Positions 26,512 through 41,974 of a stretch of 64,000 nt of DNA are shown one piece after another. Source of the stretch: Octopus vulgaris (lineage: Eukaryota); NCBI GenBank assembly GCA_951406725.2, contig OX597820.1, positions 46,252,001 to 46,316,000 on the forward strand, in the 5' to 3' direction. The stretch's first letter is position 1; each line of letters opens with the position of its first letter. A program made the position numbers and the translations under genes. The notes under the pieces are model-generated. The model was not told where the DNA came from. It did no database searches and saw only the letters and a list, made by a program, of their open reading frames with translations.

Positions 26512-27645
26512 GAAGTATGATGCTTGTATCACACTTATCATTCACTTTCGATCGTTTCAATAACATGTTGGACTGATAATTCAAATTGCTGGAACAAAAA
26601 TAAACAATGATTATGCAAAATTAATGCGATATTAAATGAGACCCAAATGCGACCCGTTTCATTAAGACCTTCGAAAGATGTTATACGCTTGCACCTGGAT
26701 AAACTCGTTTGTACAAGGTCTTATAATGCGGTAGCGAGAAAGTAACCATATTGAGATGCGCATAATGAAAGGCAAAAATTAAAAGAATAAAATACAGAAA
26801 TGCACGTATATTACTTGATAAAATCGATTGTGACGTTGAGGTTGTTTAGTTTAGGCAAGATGAAAGATGGGCGGTATAAAAAAGGCTGAGAGGAAAGTAT
26901 TCAACTTTGTGTAGCAATAAACACAACGATATTCACAAAAAGACATTAATTAGGAGAAATGGGTGTGCCAAGAGAAACATCAAAGAGGCTGCGATGATGA
27001 AAGGGAGAAGAACGAAGAGAATGATAGAGAGAAAAGGCGATAGAAAAAAAAATAAGACGATTATGAAGAATAGAAAACTAGAGAGACAGAAATAACGACG
27101 TGCAATTAAAGGCATTGAGAAATCACTGCTGTTGCAATTATTTTGAAATATTTTGGAGTGCTTTGAATTTATGCTACTTCTGTCGCACATTACGAATTTT
27201 AATTCAGCTTGTCGTTTAATTGTGACACTAATAGTTTTTTTTAATCAATGTTTTTGTCTTAGCATGCGGTTGCCAGTGGATACTTATTACCGACGATGCG
27301 TCGTGAGGCAGAAACGCGCATTCAGCAAGGCTATTACCGTTACTGAACAATTTCCGCCTGTGTCCTAACACTATTAATCGATAGAAATGCTATTCCTGGG
27401 GGAATACTGCAGTGTATTAGGCTTTCAGCGATGTATCTACTTTAGATATGAAACGCACATGCTATTTTAAACTAATAGTTATTTCGTCACAGATATATAT
27501 ATATATATGTTTTTCTGTGTCCCTTTCTGTAGAAGAGCGTAGGCTCGAAACATAAAAGACTTTTTTCTATTCCTGGGCGTTATACTAATACAACTGTTTG
27601 TTTTGTACACCACTCGTCTTCGTCTTTTGTTTTTTCGTAAACTCT

Positions 27646-27676
<31 letters not shown>

Positions 27677-28614
27677 CTTACATACATACGCATAGATATT
27701 CACATTCAAACACATACACACGCACACATGCATATACTTTTTTTATCGTTTATATTTTACTGGTGTCAATTATTGGACTGCGAGTAGTCAACAGATCGAC
27801 CCAAGTACGCTATTCCCAGATTGGCACTCATTCTATCTCACCTTTTGCCGAACCACTATGTTATGGGGACGTAAATAAACTAATATCGGTTGACAACCTG
27901 TTGGGTGACAAACGCAAAAATACACCGATATAAATAAGGGAAATGTCGAAAGCTGCCTTCTTCCAGTCGAAGGTTTTCGGCTTTTGTTTTTACATGTTAT
28001 TAATCATAGCTTTACGTCTGCTTCGAGAACATAAAAAAACAAAAACATAGAAAACAAACTTTTTCCGAACAACTAAAGAAACAAGACAAGCAACATAGAG
28101 AACATTCCCTTCATCAGTTGTCCCCTGTTTTATCTACTACGTGTTTCGAAGGTAGGGACAAGACACGACTTCATTAAAACAATCCTTCCCGGAAAGCAAA
28201 TTAAATAACATTTGGGATTTTTTGCGGAGGGTTAAAATGGTAACAAGAATAGGATAGAAGAACAAAACAGTAAAAACAAACGGTGAGGGTTCTTAAGCCA
28301 AGACGATGTGATGTGGTGAACGCTGGAAAAACGAACTTTGAGGTAAAAGCACGTCTTGTCTTTAGGAAGGAAGTGGAAGAAAGAAAGATAGATAACCGTT
28401 GGTCACGTGTGAGCAACAAGAGAGTCAAGGAGGAAGAGTGAGAGAGAGAGAGAGGGAACGATGAAGGGTGGGGAGAAGAATAGAGAAAGGGTGAGAGAGA
28501 AAAACAGAAAGGAAGAAGAATAAGAGAGGGAGATAGAAGAATAGAGATAAGATAAGAGTGCGCATCGAAATTATGAAGATAAAACTTACTTGGAAATGGA
28601 TACATACAAGCATT

Positions 28615-28616
<2 letters not shown>

Positions 28617-28683
<67 letters not shown>

Positions 28684-28747
28684 GGATAGACAGACATTTA
28701 GATAGACAAATGGATAGACAGACAGACAGACATACAGACAGACAGAC

Positions 28748-28820
<73 letters not shown>
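28617..28820. repeat. (GATA)n/(GACA)n microsatellite
   Basis: Direct reading. Confidence 0.95.
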
Positions 28821-28821
<1 letters not shown>

Positions 28822-29074
28822 AGTTGATGGATCGTTACTTTTCCTCAGGGATTCGTTCTATGATTGCTTGAACGAACTCTTCGTGTAAAACTCTGAGTAG
28901 CTATTGAGTGAATCACATCCCTTACACAAATAAATATGTTCGTGTAATACGAATATTGCGTATTTTTTTTCTCGATGGTATTCCTAAACAGAAACGCACA
29001 TACACATTCACACACATATACACCTATACAGACATATACAAACATGTGTGAATTGTGTGTGTGTGTGTGAGTGT

Positions 29075-29135
<61 letters not shown>

Positions 29136-29342
29136 TGTGTGTTGCGCGTGTGTAAATATAGAAGAAAGCCCAACCGTGTAAATGTAGACAAACAATTACA
29201 TGACAGACATAACTGGTATTGTAACAAGAGACAACATGCCCAGAATAATTATGCTAGCTGATGCTGTTATTTCTACTGTTTGCGCTGCCTTCTACGCTAT
29301 GTATATAAGACAGACTAGTTGCTGCTTTCTGGAAAGGTTAAG

Positions 29343-29418
<76 letters not shown>

Positions 29419-29451
29419 TATACACACACACGACACACGACGCGCACTTTC

Positions 29452-29672
29452 CTGGCAGAAATGTTAGCACGCCGGGCGAAATACGTAGTCGTATTTCGTC
29501 TGCCGTTACGTCCTGAGTTCAAATTCCGCCGAGGTCGACTTTGCTTTTCATCTTTTCGGGGTCGATTAAATAAGTACCAGTTACGCACTGGGGTCGATAT
29601 AATCGACTTAATCCAGTTGTCTGTCCTTATTTGTCCTCTCTGTGTTTAGCCCCTTGTGGGTAGTAAAGAAAT
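29452..29672 (+). mobile_element. SINE family A young copy between (CA)n and (TA)n
   Basis: Head plus young-type tail. Confidence 0.85.
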
Positions 29673-29795
29673 ATAAATATATATATATATATACATATAT
29701 GTATATATATGTATTTATGTATACATATGTATGTATATATATGTATGTATATGTATGTATGTATATGTACGTAAGTATATGTATCTATATATAGG

Positions 29796-29839
<44 letters not shown>

Positions 29840-29897
29840 TATATGCTTGTATATATATGTATATATGTAGGTATGTACATATGTGTATTATATATGC

Positions 29898-29963
<66 letters not shown>

Positions 29964-29967
<4 letters not shown>

Positions 29968-30688
29968 GGTGCGGTGAAACTGAAAATAACAGACATCTCA
30001 TTTTAACAGATATATTCACCAAAATTTCATAAAGAGTAAATTTATTCAATAAAATCGGCTTTGGCTTCAACCACGGCCTCCAGACGACTTCGGAATCTCC
30101 TGCAAGTCTTCTAGACGGTCTCCTTATTTAAATAATCCTTGCCTTCACTACATCGTTGGTGTTACAAGGAGTTTTGTTGGTCTCTTGCTCAACTGCGCCC
30201 CATATATAATAATCAAGGGAGTTGCAGACTGGGAAGTTAGGTGGCCTGATGTTAGGGGTGATGTGGTCGCAGAAAGTGTCTGACAGCCATGACTGGGTTC
30301 TCCTGCTTGTGTGGCATGGTGCAGAGTCATGTTGGCAGACAGGGTTTTCTAGGATCCACCCTTTTGACACTGGGCAACACTACCTCCTGCCGGAACTTGA
30401 GTGTGAGGCCGTGTGGGAAGATGAATGGAAACACAACGTCGCTATCACGAGTGATCACTTCAAACACCATGATGACTGGATGTTCGATTTTTATCACTCT
30501 CGGTACATGTCCTCAGATTGCACTGTCCTCCGATTGACATCCAAACACTTTGTAATGTTTGTATTGGAGCTTCCGGCACGAATGCCAAACAACAAAACAT
30601 GTCGTGTCCAAATTTCTAACAGGGTGAATTGCGTCATGGTGCTGTTTTTCTCACAGACGGTGCACAGCTGACCTTACTATACTGTGTA
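29964..30688 (-). mobile_element. Tc1/mariner (maT-like) transposase relic
   Basis: QHDSAPCHTSRRTQSWL...PPNFPVCNSLDYYIWG matches QQDSAP...WPPNSPDLNPLDY. Confidence 0.8.
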
Positions 30689-31243
30689 GTCGACAGAATA
30701 TAAAACTAGCAATGCGCATGTGCGAAATAAAGATAGAATCAGGTTCTTGAAAAAATATGCACTAGCTAGGGTTAGATAAGACTGTGGTTGTATAAACCTA
30801 TGGGTGGATAAAATTGTGGTTGGTAAATACGAAATAGGATGTACCGGTTGTGTACACAGAGAAAATAAACCCTGTGAGTACATAGCGCCTAGGGACTGGT
30901 CCAAAGCACGCGTTACGTTGAATTGTCCGTTGTTGGACGCCCTAGAGTGTCCGATAAGTCGTAATTCCTCTTCATGTATTATAATCAATGGAATAATAAC
31001 AGACGGTGAATAAAATTTAGCTCAATACAGGTGTTTCTTACGCAGTCATCAGATGAAAATTAGTTTTACAAACAAGAGAATATCCTTAGAATACAGCAGG
31101 GACGTGGCTGAAGCTTGTCGAAGTTATTAAAATATGTGTAAGAAACAGTTGTAATGAGCTGACATTTATCCATCGTCTGTTATTATTCATTTGATTATAT
31201 GCACACACACACACACACACACACACAGACGTACATATACATA

Positions 31244-31478
<235 letters not shown>

Positions 31479-31627
31479 AAATATAAACGTTTTATTTATT
31501 ATTTTGCACATTACTTAATCATCGTTATATTTTTTTATCTTATATCTAATTTTTCTATAATATGTATTTTTCTAGATGGTGTAATTTAATTTTTCATTAT
31601 TGAATTGATAAAAGGTGTTTTTTTCTA

Positions 31628-31689
<62 letters not shown>

Positions 31690-31912
31690 TATATTAAATT
31701 AGAGACAAAACCACTATTAGGCAAATCATAGAATGAAAAACTTAAGCCAATACATAAGATTATTTAATTTATATTATTTAAATATATAACAAAATTATTA
31801 AAAAAATATAATTAATATAACACTTCGATCGTTTCATGGCTGTTAATTTCTTTAAATTTTCGAGTTACAGTCATTCATCAGGTGGTTTAAATATTTATCT
31901 TGGCGAGGTTTA
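31690..31912 (-). repeat. Second copy of the 18277-18499 repeat, with hammerhead motif (31819-31886; cleavage triplet GAA)
   Basis: Near-identical reverse complement; GAAAC-GATC-GAA instead of GTA. Confidence 0.85.
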
Positions 31913-31915
31913 AAC

Positions 31916-31995
<80 letters not shown>

Positions 31996-32194
31996 TGTAT
32001 GTGTGCGTGTGTGTGTGTATCTGTGTATGTGTGAGTATATGTATGAAATTTTAATCGACCTGTGACTATGAAAAACAAATATCAGTTGAAAGATATGTAC
32101 TAATACGACATGGCGATCCGTGTTCAATACTCGATCAGTCCTAAAATAAAGCATGTTATGCACTTAAATGTGTGCGTGTGTGTGTGTGTGTGTT

Positions 32195-32237
<43 letters not shown>

Positions 32238-32979
32238 TTGTGTGAGTGTTTGTGGATCCGTACTGGAGCTTTTGGATGTGTGCATGTTTTTTGCATGCGT
32301 GTGTGTATATGTGTGCATGCGTGTGTTTGTTGATGTGTACAGGCGTTCGTGACTGGGTGTATATGCTTGTGTATGAGTGCCTGTGTTTGCGTGCATGTGT
32401 GCATATGAATGTCTCTGTGTCTGTATATGTGTATTTTTGTGAACGTGTATTAGGGTTTCTGGAAGTGTGCATGTGTTTGTCTTTGTATATATGTTTGTGA
32501 GTTAATGGATATATTTGTAGATTTCTTTTTATGCTCGTGCATGTGTGTGTATGTTTGTGTGTGTGTGTATCTGTGTATGTGTGAGTGCGCATGCGCCTAT
32601 TTGAAGGTGCGTGCATTTGTTTTTGCGTTAGAACAGATCTCCTTTCAAACATGCTATATTTGAAGCACGGCCGTGTTCTAGTTTTATCTTTTCTTTATTA
32701 TTATTTCTCCGTAACTATTTTTCGCTGTTCGCGTTGATTGACATGCTTACAACAACAAACACGTAGTCTTTGAAGAAGATTTTGAAAATAATTTCATCCT
32801 CAGATTAATCATTCAACATATTTCTTGCACTAATTCATGTCATTCAGAGATGTAAACAAATTTTATTGCATCTGAGAGTATAGAAAAACATGAACGAGTA
32901 CCTGTTTGGGAATAAAGAGTGTTCCCGTTGAGATATGACATTGTGTAATACGAGAGTTGTCCTTCCCCTCTCACTCTTT

Positions 32980-33027
<48 letters not shown>

Positions 33028-33389
33028 ACGCTGGAGTTGAACTAGGGACAGCTGATGAAGGGGATTTTTCCTTGTGTATTTGTCTTGTACTCTGTTTTTT
33101 CGTTGTTAAAAAAATGGTCCGTTCGATGCTGTTTTTACGTTTTCGTTTCTCGTTGAGTTCTACGTCTATTTGTGGTGTCCTGTACACACGTATATATATT
33201 TATATATGCATGTATATATACATGTAGATGTAGGTACGTACATATATGTTTGTATGTATGCATATATTTTATTTATTACACTATTGTATGACTGAGCGCC
33301 TTCGCGTCGATTCGATTCGATTCGTTTGGTTTGGTTTCTTCTTCTTCACTAAGCTGGTTTATATATATATATATATTCTTTTATTCTTT

Positions 33390-33600
33390 TACTTTTTTCA
33401 GTCATTTGACTGTGACCATACTGGAGCACCAGCTTGAAGGATGGATTTCAGCCGAACAAATCGGCCCCAGGACTTCTTTTTTTAAAGCGTAGTACTTATA
33501 CTATCGGTCTCTGATTGCCGAACGGCTAAATTATAGGGACGTAAACATACGAACACCGGTTGTCAAGTGGTGACAGGGAGACAAACAGACGTAATGACAC
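33390..33600 (-). mobile_element. SINE family B 3' half
   Basis: Shared tail. Confidence 0.75.
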
Positions 33601-33622
33601 GCATACTTAGATACACCCCATA

Positions 33623-33732
<110 letters not shown>

Positions 33733-33759
33733 AAGAGAGGGTACATATATAGACATACG

Positions 33760-33815
<56 letters not shown>

Positions 33816-34699
33816 TAAATTTATATACATACATATATATGCAAATATATATATATGTATATAAATTTATATATATATACATACATATACTTATATATAA
33901 AAATTTATATATATATATACATATATATATATAATTAATAAAAAAAAACAGAGTAAAATAGACAAGTAAAAAACAACATGAGGACGTTGTACATGCAGAG
34001 TATTAATAAGATGCTCAGAGAAGGAAAGGGTGTTTTACGTTTCGAGCAAAGCTCTTCTTTGGGAACAGGAGACAGAGGAAAGTACAAAACAAAAGGTAGA
34101 CGGGGGAAAAAAATCGCCACCATGTAGTTACATATATACACACACACATACATACATACAATTATATATATGCGTTATATATATATGTGTGTTAAATTCA
34201 ATTTACGTTGAAAGTCAACAAAGTTTGCTTTAGAAGCGTTGAGATGTATTGAAAGATACAGATAAGGAAATAATTTTATTCTCAAACGCAGGATAATGCT
34301 AATAATATAGCATGAAAAGGATAAACTATCCATATTTTAACAGAAAAATCTGTCAGCGGCCAGCCATGAGACACGAACTCATATCCCTGTGTTTACGCGT
34401 CTAGTGCATGTCACACCAGTATTCCTGCTGAATGTCAGGGACCTTGTGACATCCCACTAGCACAACACCCCATACCTGAGACTTAGTTTCATATAATCAA
34501 GCAATATGCATGGTGCTAACGAACCACATCTGAATACGGACATATCAAATGCTGAGATTCACATACCAATCTATGTCGTATTTTGAGCTGACAGGAAAGA
34601 AATCATAATGGAAATGCAATATACATCCGAGAAGATGTACACTTGTAATCCTGCGGTAGAACACATAAAAAAAATTTTAATGGTAATATGTACGACATA

Positions 34700-35430
34700 C
34701 CGCCTACCAGAAGCTCTAGATCATGGGGACTCATTCGAAGAGAACCGTCTAAATGGGCCACTCAGAGTCAAGTACAGTGTATGATCTGGAGATTGATATG
34801 CCTCTAAGATGGTAGCAATGTGCAGGCGAATGGTCGGGTGGATTCCGAGAACTTACAGAACAATGGACCAGGAAACTATGCAGGTTCTATGGACGACTGC
34901 TTTCAACTGGACTACTGCTTTCAACTGTGTTCACTTCACAGTGTCAAATTAATAGCAGAACTTAAGGAAGTTCAGATGGATTGCACAAATGGAACAGTTG
35001 TGCTGCTGGGGGGAGACTGAGAGAGTTACGACTCTACTCTGTGGAGCGAAGACGGTTATATAGATATGGAAGATCCTAGAGGAGCTGGCACTAAATTTTG
35101 GCATCGAGAGTTATGCCAACGCACGAACTGAACGTAATTGCACTGTTTCAAAAATCCCATCCATCCTGTCTAGAATGAAGACCGTGTACTGCAATCTCTC
35201 GGGATTCCATGGCCCACAGCTAATATCTTGCGAAAACATCGGAGAGATCTACATAGAGTAGGGATAGGAATAACTTCACCTCCTGCTCTTCAAGGTCCCA
35301 GATAAATGTACATCATGGAAAGGATCTCGAAAGAGGACAGTAATATTGAACTCTCTTCTTCACCAAAAGCCAATCAGAAAGAAATGGGCATTGGAAAGGA
35401 AATAATATTGACGGTGACCCAGCATAGCCA
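34700..35430 (+). mobile_element. Decayed CR1-group LINE 3' fragment
   Basis: LDYCFQLCS, LRLYSVERRR, IWKILE and VPDK traces parallel the ORF2 C-terminus at 51905-52708. Confidence 0.65.
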
Positions 35431-35495
35431 CAACCTTTGGGTTAAAATGCATAAAAGAATGAAAGAATATATACATATCTACATATTTAGATTCA

Positions 35496-35551
<56 letters not shown>

Positions 35552-35655
35552 TATATATGTATATATGTAGAAGGTTGAAAAGGAACACACGAGTTGATAT
35601 ATATGAAAAAAAAGTCAAGGTAGAAAATGCTAAAATAATTTTATAAAAAAAATTT

Positions 35656-35691
35656 CAGTACCGGTTTCAGTCATTGAGACTTTTTCAGCTG
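35656..35691 (-). ncRNA. Minimal hammerhead motif 3' of the Penelope-like ORF, one core substitution
   Basis: cag-CTGAAAA-agtc-tcaat-gact-GAAAC-CG-GTA-ctg; all stems pair; ACCGGT palindrome. Confidence 0.7.
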
Positions 35692-35842
35692 TATGGAAAA
35701 CAATTAAATTTGGGAAAAATTAAAAGAAAAGTTTTTTAAAAGAGTATTTGCATAGTATTCAAATACAAGGGACATTTTCCTTGTTTCTGCCTGACTCTGT
35801 CTCTCTTGTGTGGGTTCGAGGTCGTTGTGAATTTTTTGTAGG

Positions 35843-35843
35843 G

Positions 35844-35875
<32 letters not shown>

Positions 35876-36160
35876 GAAGAAGAAGAAGAAGAAGAAGAAG
35901 AAGACGAAGAAGAAGAAGAAGACGAAGAAGAAGAAGAAGAAGAAGAAGAAGAAGAAGAAGAAGACGACGACGAAGAAGAAGAATAAGACGACGATGACGA
36001 CGACGACGAAGAAGAAGAAGAAGAAGAAGAAGAAGAAGAAGAAGAAGAAGAAGAAGAAGAAGAAGAAGAGGAGGAGGAGGAGGAGGAGGAGGAGGAGGAG
36101 GAAGAGGAAGACGAAGACGAAGAAGAAGAAGAAGAAGAAGAAAAAGAAGAAGAAGAAGAA
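35843..36160. repeat. (GAA/GAC/GAG)n purine-rich microsatellite
   Basis: Direct reading. Confidence 0.95.
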
Positions 36161-38367
36161 TGCGTAGTATGTTAAATGGTTAGGTGCCCTGAAAGTGAAA
36201 CGTTGTGGATGGTAGTAGCGACTGAATTCTTGAGACATTTTGGTTATAATGTTTTGGTTATAATATTTGCGTAGGTATTATTCTAAACAGCAATAGTGGT
36301 AAAGTTAGGAAAGAGGTGGCGGCGAGGAAGAAGACGAAGAAGAAGACGGAGAAAGAGAAGGAGGAATAAGAAGGAATGTTGGTAGTATGATAGTAGTAGG
36401 GTGTTAAATGGCCAAGTGACCTAAAAGTGGTTCGTTATGGATTATAGCAGTGATTGGGACTGCTTTTTAATGAATTCTTGGGAATCTCTTGAGTGTATCA
36501 TGTTTAATATTTGCGTGTGTGTTAGTGTTTTTCTAAGGCCGTGATGGATATGTCGTTTGTTGTAGACACGTTCAAAAGGGGTCTATATTTTGTAATAAAG
36601 AGAGTCTCTTTACTAATTCGTTGGCTACAGATTGTATTGTCCCTGATCTGAAGCTTGATTTTTGTTATTGGCGCGAATGTCTATGTGTTCTATTTTTCTG
36701 TTTTGGGGAATTTTGATCAGGAATCAGTGTAGAGCCATTATTTTACGTAGACTGTTTTTTCTTTGGCCTATGTAGTGTTCTTGACACCCAGAGCAGGTTA
36801 GTGCGTATATCAGGTTCTCCGAAGCACATGTGAAGTTGCTTTTCACTGTGAAACGTTGTCTTTGTTTGAAGGATAACTCTGATCCCTCAATTAAATTGAC
36901 GCATATCCCACAGTTGGATCTTTCGCATGTTTTTACTGACGGCTTCTGTGTTGTTGTTGAGCGTATTCTGCGGTTCTTTTTTAGCAGGGGAATGCTTTGA
37001 ATGATGGTGTCGAAAGCTTTTGAGTAAGATTATTTTCCCTATTGATTCATGCTTGGTCAGTGGTGTTCTCTGGACATTGGTATAGTGGGAAAACTAGGAA
37101 TATGGAGGACTTGTTTTGTGCTCAGAGATCTAATTGACCACTAAGTGGTATCTGTCTTGTAGTAGGATCCCTTAATTGTTGGCGGTGGACTGTCATCATT
37201 TCCCTCACGATAAGACTCGTTTGTCCTATGTAGTCTTTGTAGCACCCTTCATACCTTATGGCATAAAGTAAATTTTTTGATGTGCTGGTTAAGTTATTTT
37301 TTACGACAAAAGTGTGTCCCGACTGGAATTTGTATATTGTCCCTTCAATGAGGTGGATGCAAGTCCAGCAGTTACAACGACATTTTTTGACGTTGGGTGG
37401 TGGGCTTCTGTTGGGTAATTTTGCATTGGTGAGTAGTTTTTCAGGGATTTGGGTTGTCTCTTGCCTTTTTATTATTTTATGGGTTTCGAGTGCTTTTTTT
37501 AGGTGTGGGCCTTGACTTAGTAGTGGGATGTTCTTGTATATAATTGCGTAAGCTTCTGCATTTCTTGGCTTGTGTGTTGAGAGATATGGGAGAATATTTA
37601 GTGTACCTTGAGTGTGTTTCGGTCTTCGTAAGTCTTGATTTTCGACTGTCTTGGCCCATTCTATTCCATTGTCAATAATGACGTTGGGTAACGTTTTTCG
37701 AGAAGAATTGTATTTAGTTCCTGGAGTCTTTTATTTCGAGTTCTATAATTTGAGACAACTGTACAGATTCTTCTCGCTAGGTTGAAGGGGATGTTTGTCT
37801 TCGTGTGCTTTGAGTGATTGGAGGTGAACAGGAGGTATTGTTTGGAATCAGTTGGTTTGTAGTTGATATCAGTTTCAATGTTAGTGTCTTTTTTTATAAG
37901 AATGTCAAGAAAAGGAAGTTGGTATTGACTATATTCCATTATAAATTGGATATGGTTGTTCACATTATTGATTAGATATTTGAAATCATTGAGATGGTCG
38001 AGTGTGTAGGATGAGTCAGTCATCCAAGTAGCGTTTCCAATTCTCCAAGAGGTATTTGTGGAAAGACAGGCCGTATTTTGATTTGGATTGTTTATAGAGT
38101 TGTAATTCTAGGTAGGCCATCAACAGGTTGGCATGAGTTGGGGCACCTTTAATACCCATTACAGTCCTCGATACCTGTCTGTAGGTATTATTATTAAAAT
38201 TCAAAAAGTTGTTTTGAAGTATAAACTTAAGGCCCTCGATGATAAATTCTTTGTTTTATTCTTTCCGGGACCTACCTCATTGGGGTATTTTTCTAGCCAG
38301 AATTTAATGGCTTCCAGTCCATATTGATGTGGGATACACATATATGAATATATATATATACACACAC

Positions 38368-38433
<66 letters not shown>

Positions 38434-38895
38434 ATATATATATATATATATATGTATATGTATGTGTGTATGCATATATGTGTGTATATGTATACACACA
38501 CATATATATATATATATATATGTGTATTGAAATGTGTGCCAAAAATGAGCTTCAGCCAATAATGATATTTTATAGACGTTTTAATGAAACAACTTGGTCA
38601 TTTACATAAACACCTACTCATTCTCAAACATGTAAAGATGAACGCAAGTGCATACACCGATTTACGCACTCACTCACTCACTCACTCACTCACTCACCAC
38701 CACCGTTCACGTATGTATTATAAAATTATGTATACTCCTGTTACTTTTTTCGATATCAAATAACTATACTCCGTCTCTGAAGTATCCCTACACATTGTGA
38801 GTTGTTTTGGCTCTTATTTCTAGCAATGCTGGTGCTGACCAGCACCCGCCATCACAGAGAGAGAGAGAGCGAGAGAGTTTGTGAGTGTGTGTAAG

Positions 38896-38987
<92 letters not shown>

Positions 38988-39140
38988 AGTAATTGAATGA
39001 ATTATCTTATTAAAGATAATTCGAAATATAACCGATACCTGGGTAGCAAATTCACATCAGAAAAAACACGGTTGAAGCTACGTCCCTAGGGCATAGACTA
39101 CGTGTCTTCGTGAGGAAATTTGTATGTTTATTTTAAAATT

Positions 39141-39227
39141 ATAAGTATATGAAAGAATGGAGTTGAACGAGTTGTCGAGAATAAAGGATATTTGTTAACT
39201 AGTCGTTCAACTCCATTCTTTCATATA

Positions 39228-39231
<4 letters not shown>
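39141..39231. repeat. About 29-bp perfect inverted repeat next to (TA)n
   Basis: ataagtatatgaaagaatggagttgaacga / tcgttcaactccattctttcatatacttat. Confidence 0.85.
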
Positions 39232-39302
<71 letters not shown>

Positions 39303-39928
39303 ATATATATATGTATATGTATATATAGCGCAATGACATAACTGTTTCCTTTCCCCGGTATTTTTCGTGTAAAACGTATCACGTCGAAATAGATATCTCA
39401 TGGATATGAAACGTAAACAAGAAAAACACATTCTATTTCCCTGTTTTATCTGAAACGATAATCTAAAGTAATTGTCAGTGTCATAACCAACGGAATAACC
39501 AGGCACTTTCCCTAACTCTCTCTCTCTCTCTGTCTTTCTCTTCTTCTCACACTCACATAGACCTACACCACACACACACACACTTATATGACCGCGCACA
39601 TATGTATTCGCTTATTTAACCATCCATCCTTTAGTACTTGCATACATGCTTACAAAAACAGGCATATGCATGCGTACGTACAAGTGTTCGCACATACGCG
39701 CACGTGCACACACACACACCGACGCTCTCTCTCATACACATATATACATCAAACATATATGTGTGTATGTATGTATATATAAACACACACGCATATATAT
39801 ATATATATATATATATATGTGCGCGTATATATGTATGTAAGTATATGTATGTGTTTGTATATGTTTGCAATATGTATATATATATATGTGTATGTATATA
39901 CATATGTGTGTATATACATATATATATA

Positions 39929-39998
<70 letters not shown>

Positions 39999-40001
39999 TA
40001 T

Positions 40002-40074
<73 letters not shown>

Positions 40075-40664
40075 TATGTATATATATGTGTGTGTGTGCG
40101 TGTATGTATTAATAAATTGTGACAAGAATGACATTCAGTCAATAAAGATATTTTGTACTCGTTTTTATTGAGACAACGTGACTATTTACGTAATCATCTA
40201 TTCCCTCTCAAACGCGTTAAGACGCGCGCAAGTGCAAACACTCACCCACCACCACCACCACCACCATTACCACCACTTCACACGTATATATTATATATTA
40301 TATATTATATATCACATATACTCCCTTAACTTTTTCGAGATCAAATGACTATACTCTTTCTCTGAAATATGGCAGCACATTGTTAGTAATCTGTTGTTTT
40401 TATGTCCTGTTCATAACACCTATCGTATTTTGTGCGTTTGATGATGACGATCAGGCAGATGGTGGGTGGTGAGGGTGGGGGTAGTGGTTGTGAACGTGGT
40501 GTCGGTGCTCCTGCTGCTGCTGCTGCTGCTTGTAACAATGGTAACGATGATAGTACTTGTGATGTATTGGCAATGGTTTTTGCGTTGGGGTTAATGATAG
40601 TGGCAGAGATGACTGTGAATTTGGCTGTGGTGTTGTTGTTATTGTTGTTGTTGTTTTTGTTGTT

Positions 40665-40720
<56 letters not shown>

Positions 40721-40953
40721 GGTGGTGGTGGTGGTGGTGTGGTAGGAATGGTATCGATGGCACAGACCTTGCCCGTGGTGATGCCTGTGAGTGCGTGGTG
40801 GTGCTGATGGTAAATACACAAATACATAAAGTCTTATTTATTGGAATGTAGATTACGAAAACAAACTCACATTTTAAACATGAGAAAAGTCTTGCATATT
40901 TCTGCTGTCCTATTTACAGATTGTATTTGTAATGCAATTATGTACATGTATAT

Positions 40954-40985
<32 letters not shown>

Positions 40986-41442
40986 CTTTAAATATTTTGC
41001 AGAAGCAGCAAAGTGGCTCAAGGACCAAGAGTTTCGTGCATTGGCACTTATCAAACTTTCGGCCCTTGAGCCACTCTTTTGCTTCTATTAATATAAAGAT
41101 ATTACGGAGATGTACTTGCATAGCGAGTGACTTGATCTGAGATCGTGTGCTGGAACGAAAACAATTGCAGCATGGAAGGTGTTTATAAGCCATTTAAGAA
41201 ACACACAAAAACCGTTAGATTCACTTCAACATTTAAATTTAATTTGTCAAAATATTTTCGTTGCTTTGAGACCGCGACTTGTTCACTGACAAAACACCTT
41301 CCACGCTGCAATGTAAAGATACATATAGTCATATTTTGAGTTGTATTTTTACTGTTTGTATCACCATACCCCCCACATATATATGTACATAGTGTATGTA
41401 TGTATGTATGTATGTATGTATGTATGTATGTATGTATGTATA

Positions 41443-41696
41443 CTAGCTGAATAGCCTGTTGCAATTTTGCCGGGCAATTTTTACACTAGAATGTCTTATA
41501 TAGATTTTTGTTTATTCCATGTCAAACCATACCTTCTCCGACCGATAGGTCTGTTGATCAGGACAGATTTGTGCAATTTTTCGCAAAAAGAATTCGTTGA
41601 ACTGCGTGTTAATTTAACATGTATGGAAAGATTCGTCAAGATTGGTTCACTGGTGGATGCAGATCGACAGACAGAAATTGCCATTTATGTATAAGA
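41443..41696 (-). mobile_element. Non-autonomous Helitron-like element
   Basis: A|TC start, hairpin gcccggcaaaattgcaacaggc, CTAG|T end, no TSD. Confidence 0.65.
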
Positions 41697-41723
41697 TATA
41701 TATATTACATTCATGTATAAGAT

Positions 41724-41785
<62 letters not shown>

Positions 41786-41974
41786 CATAAGAGATCTACT
41801 TTTTCTGGGAATTAATACTAAATTACAAGCATTTAACTTTATGTAATTTTAGCCAATCAAATGCCGTCATTGTTTTCATATCATTTATGCTGATTGCTCA
41901 TTACCATGGAGGTCAGTATACATTGAACCTTTATGTGATCTCCTCATCTACTAGAAACGGTAGTCAATGCTTCC

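Larger units (their letters stand above)
35575..38335 (-). mobile_element. Penelope-like element (Neptune-type), 5'-truncated and disrupted
   Basis: RT motifs [46 protein letters not shown]; Cys linker CERSNCGIC; GIY-YIG nuclease NFTCASENLIYALTCSGCQEHYIGQ at about 36765-36840; (GAA)n expansion in the 3' region. Confidence 0.85.

Noticed and set aside
28090-28160. Isolated CTGATGA/CTGACGA motifs (also 33056, 43805, 55654)
   Set aside because: Could not assemble a complete core with paired stems; not counted as ribozymes
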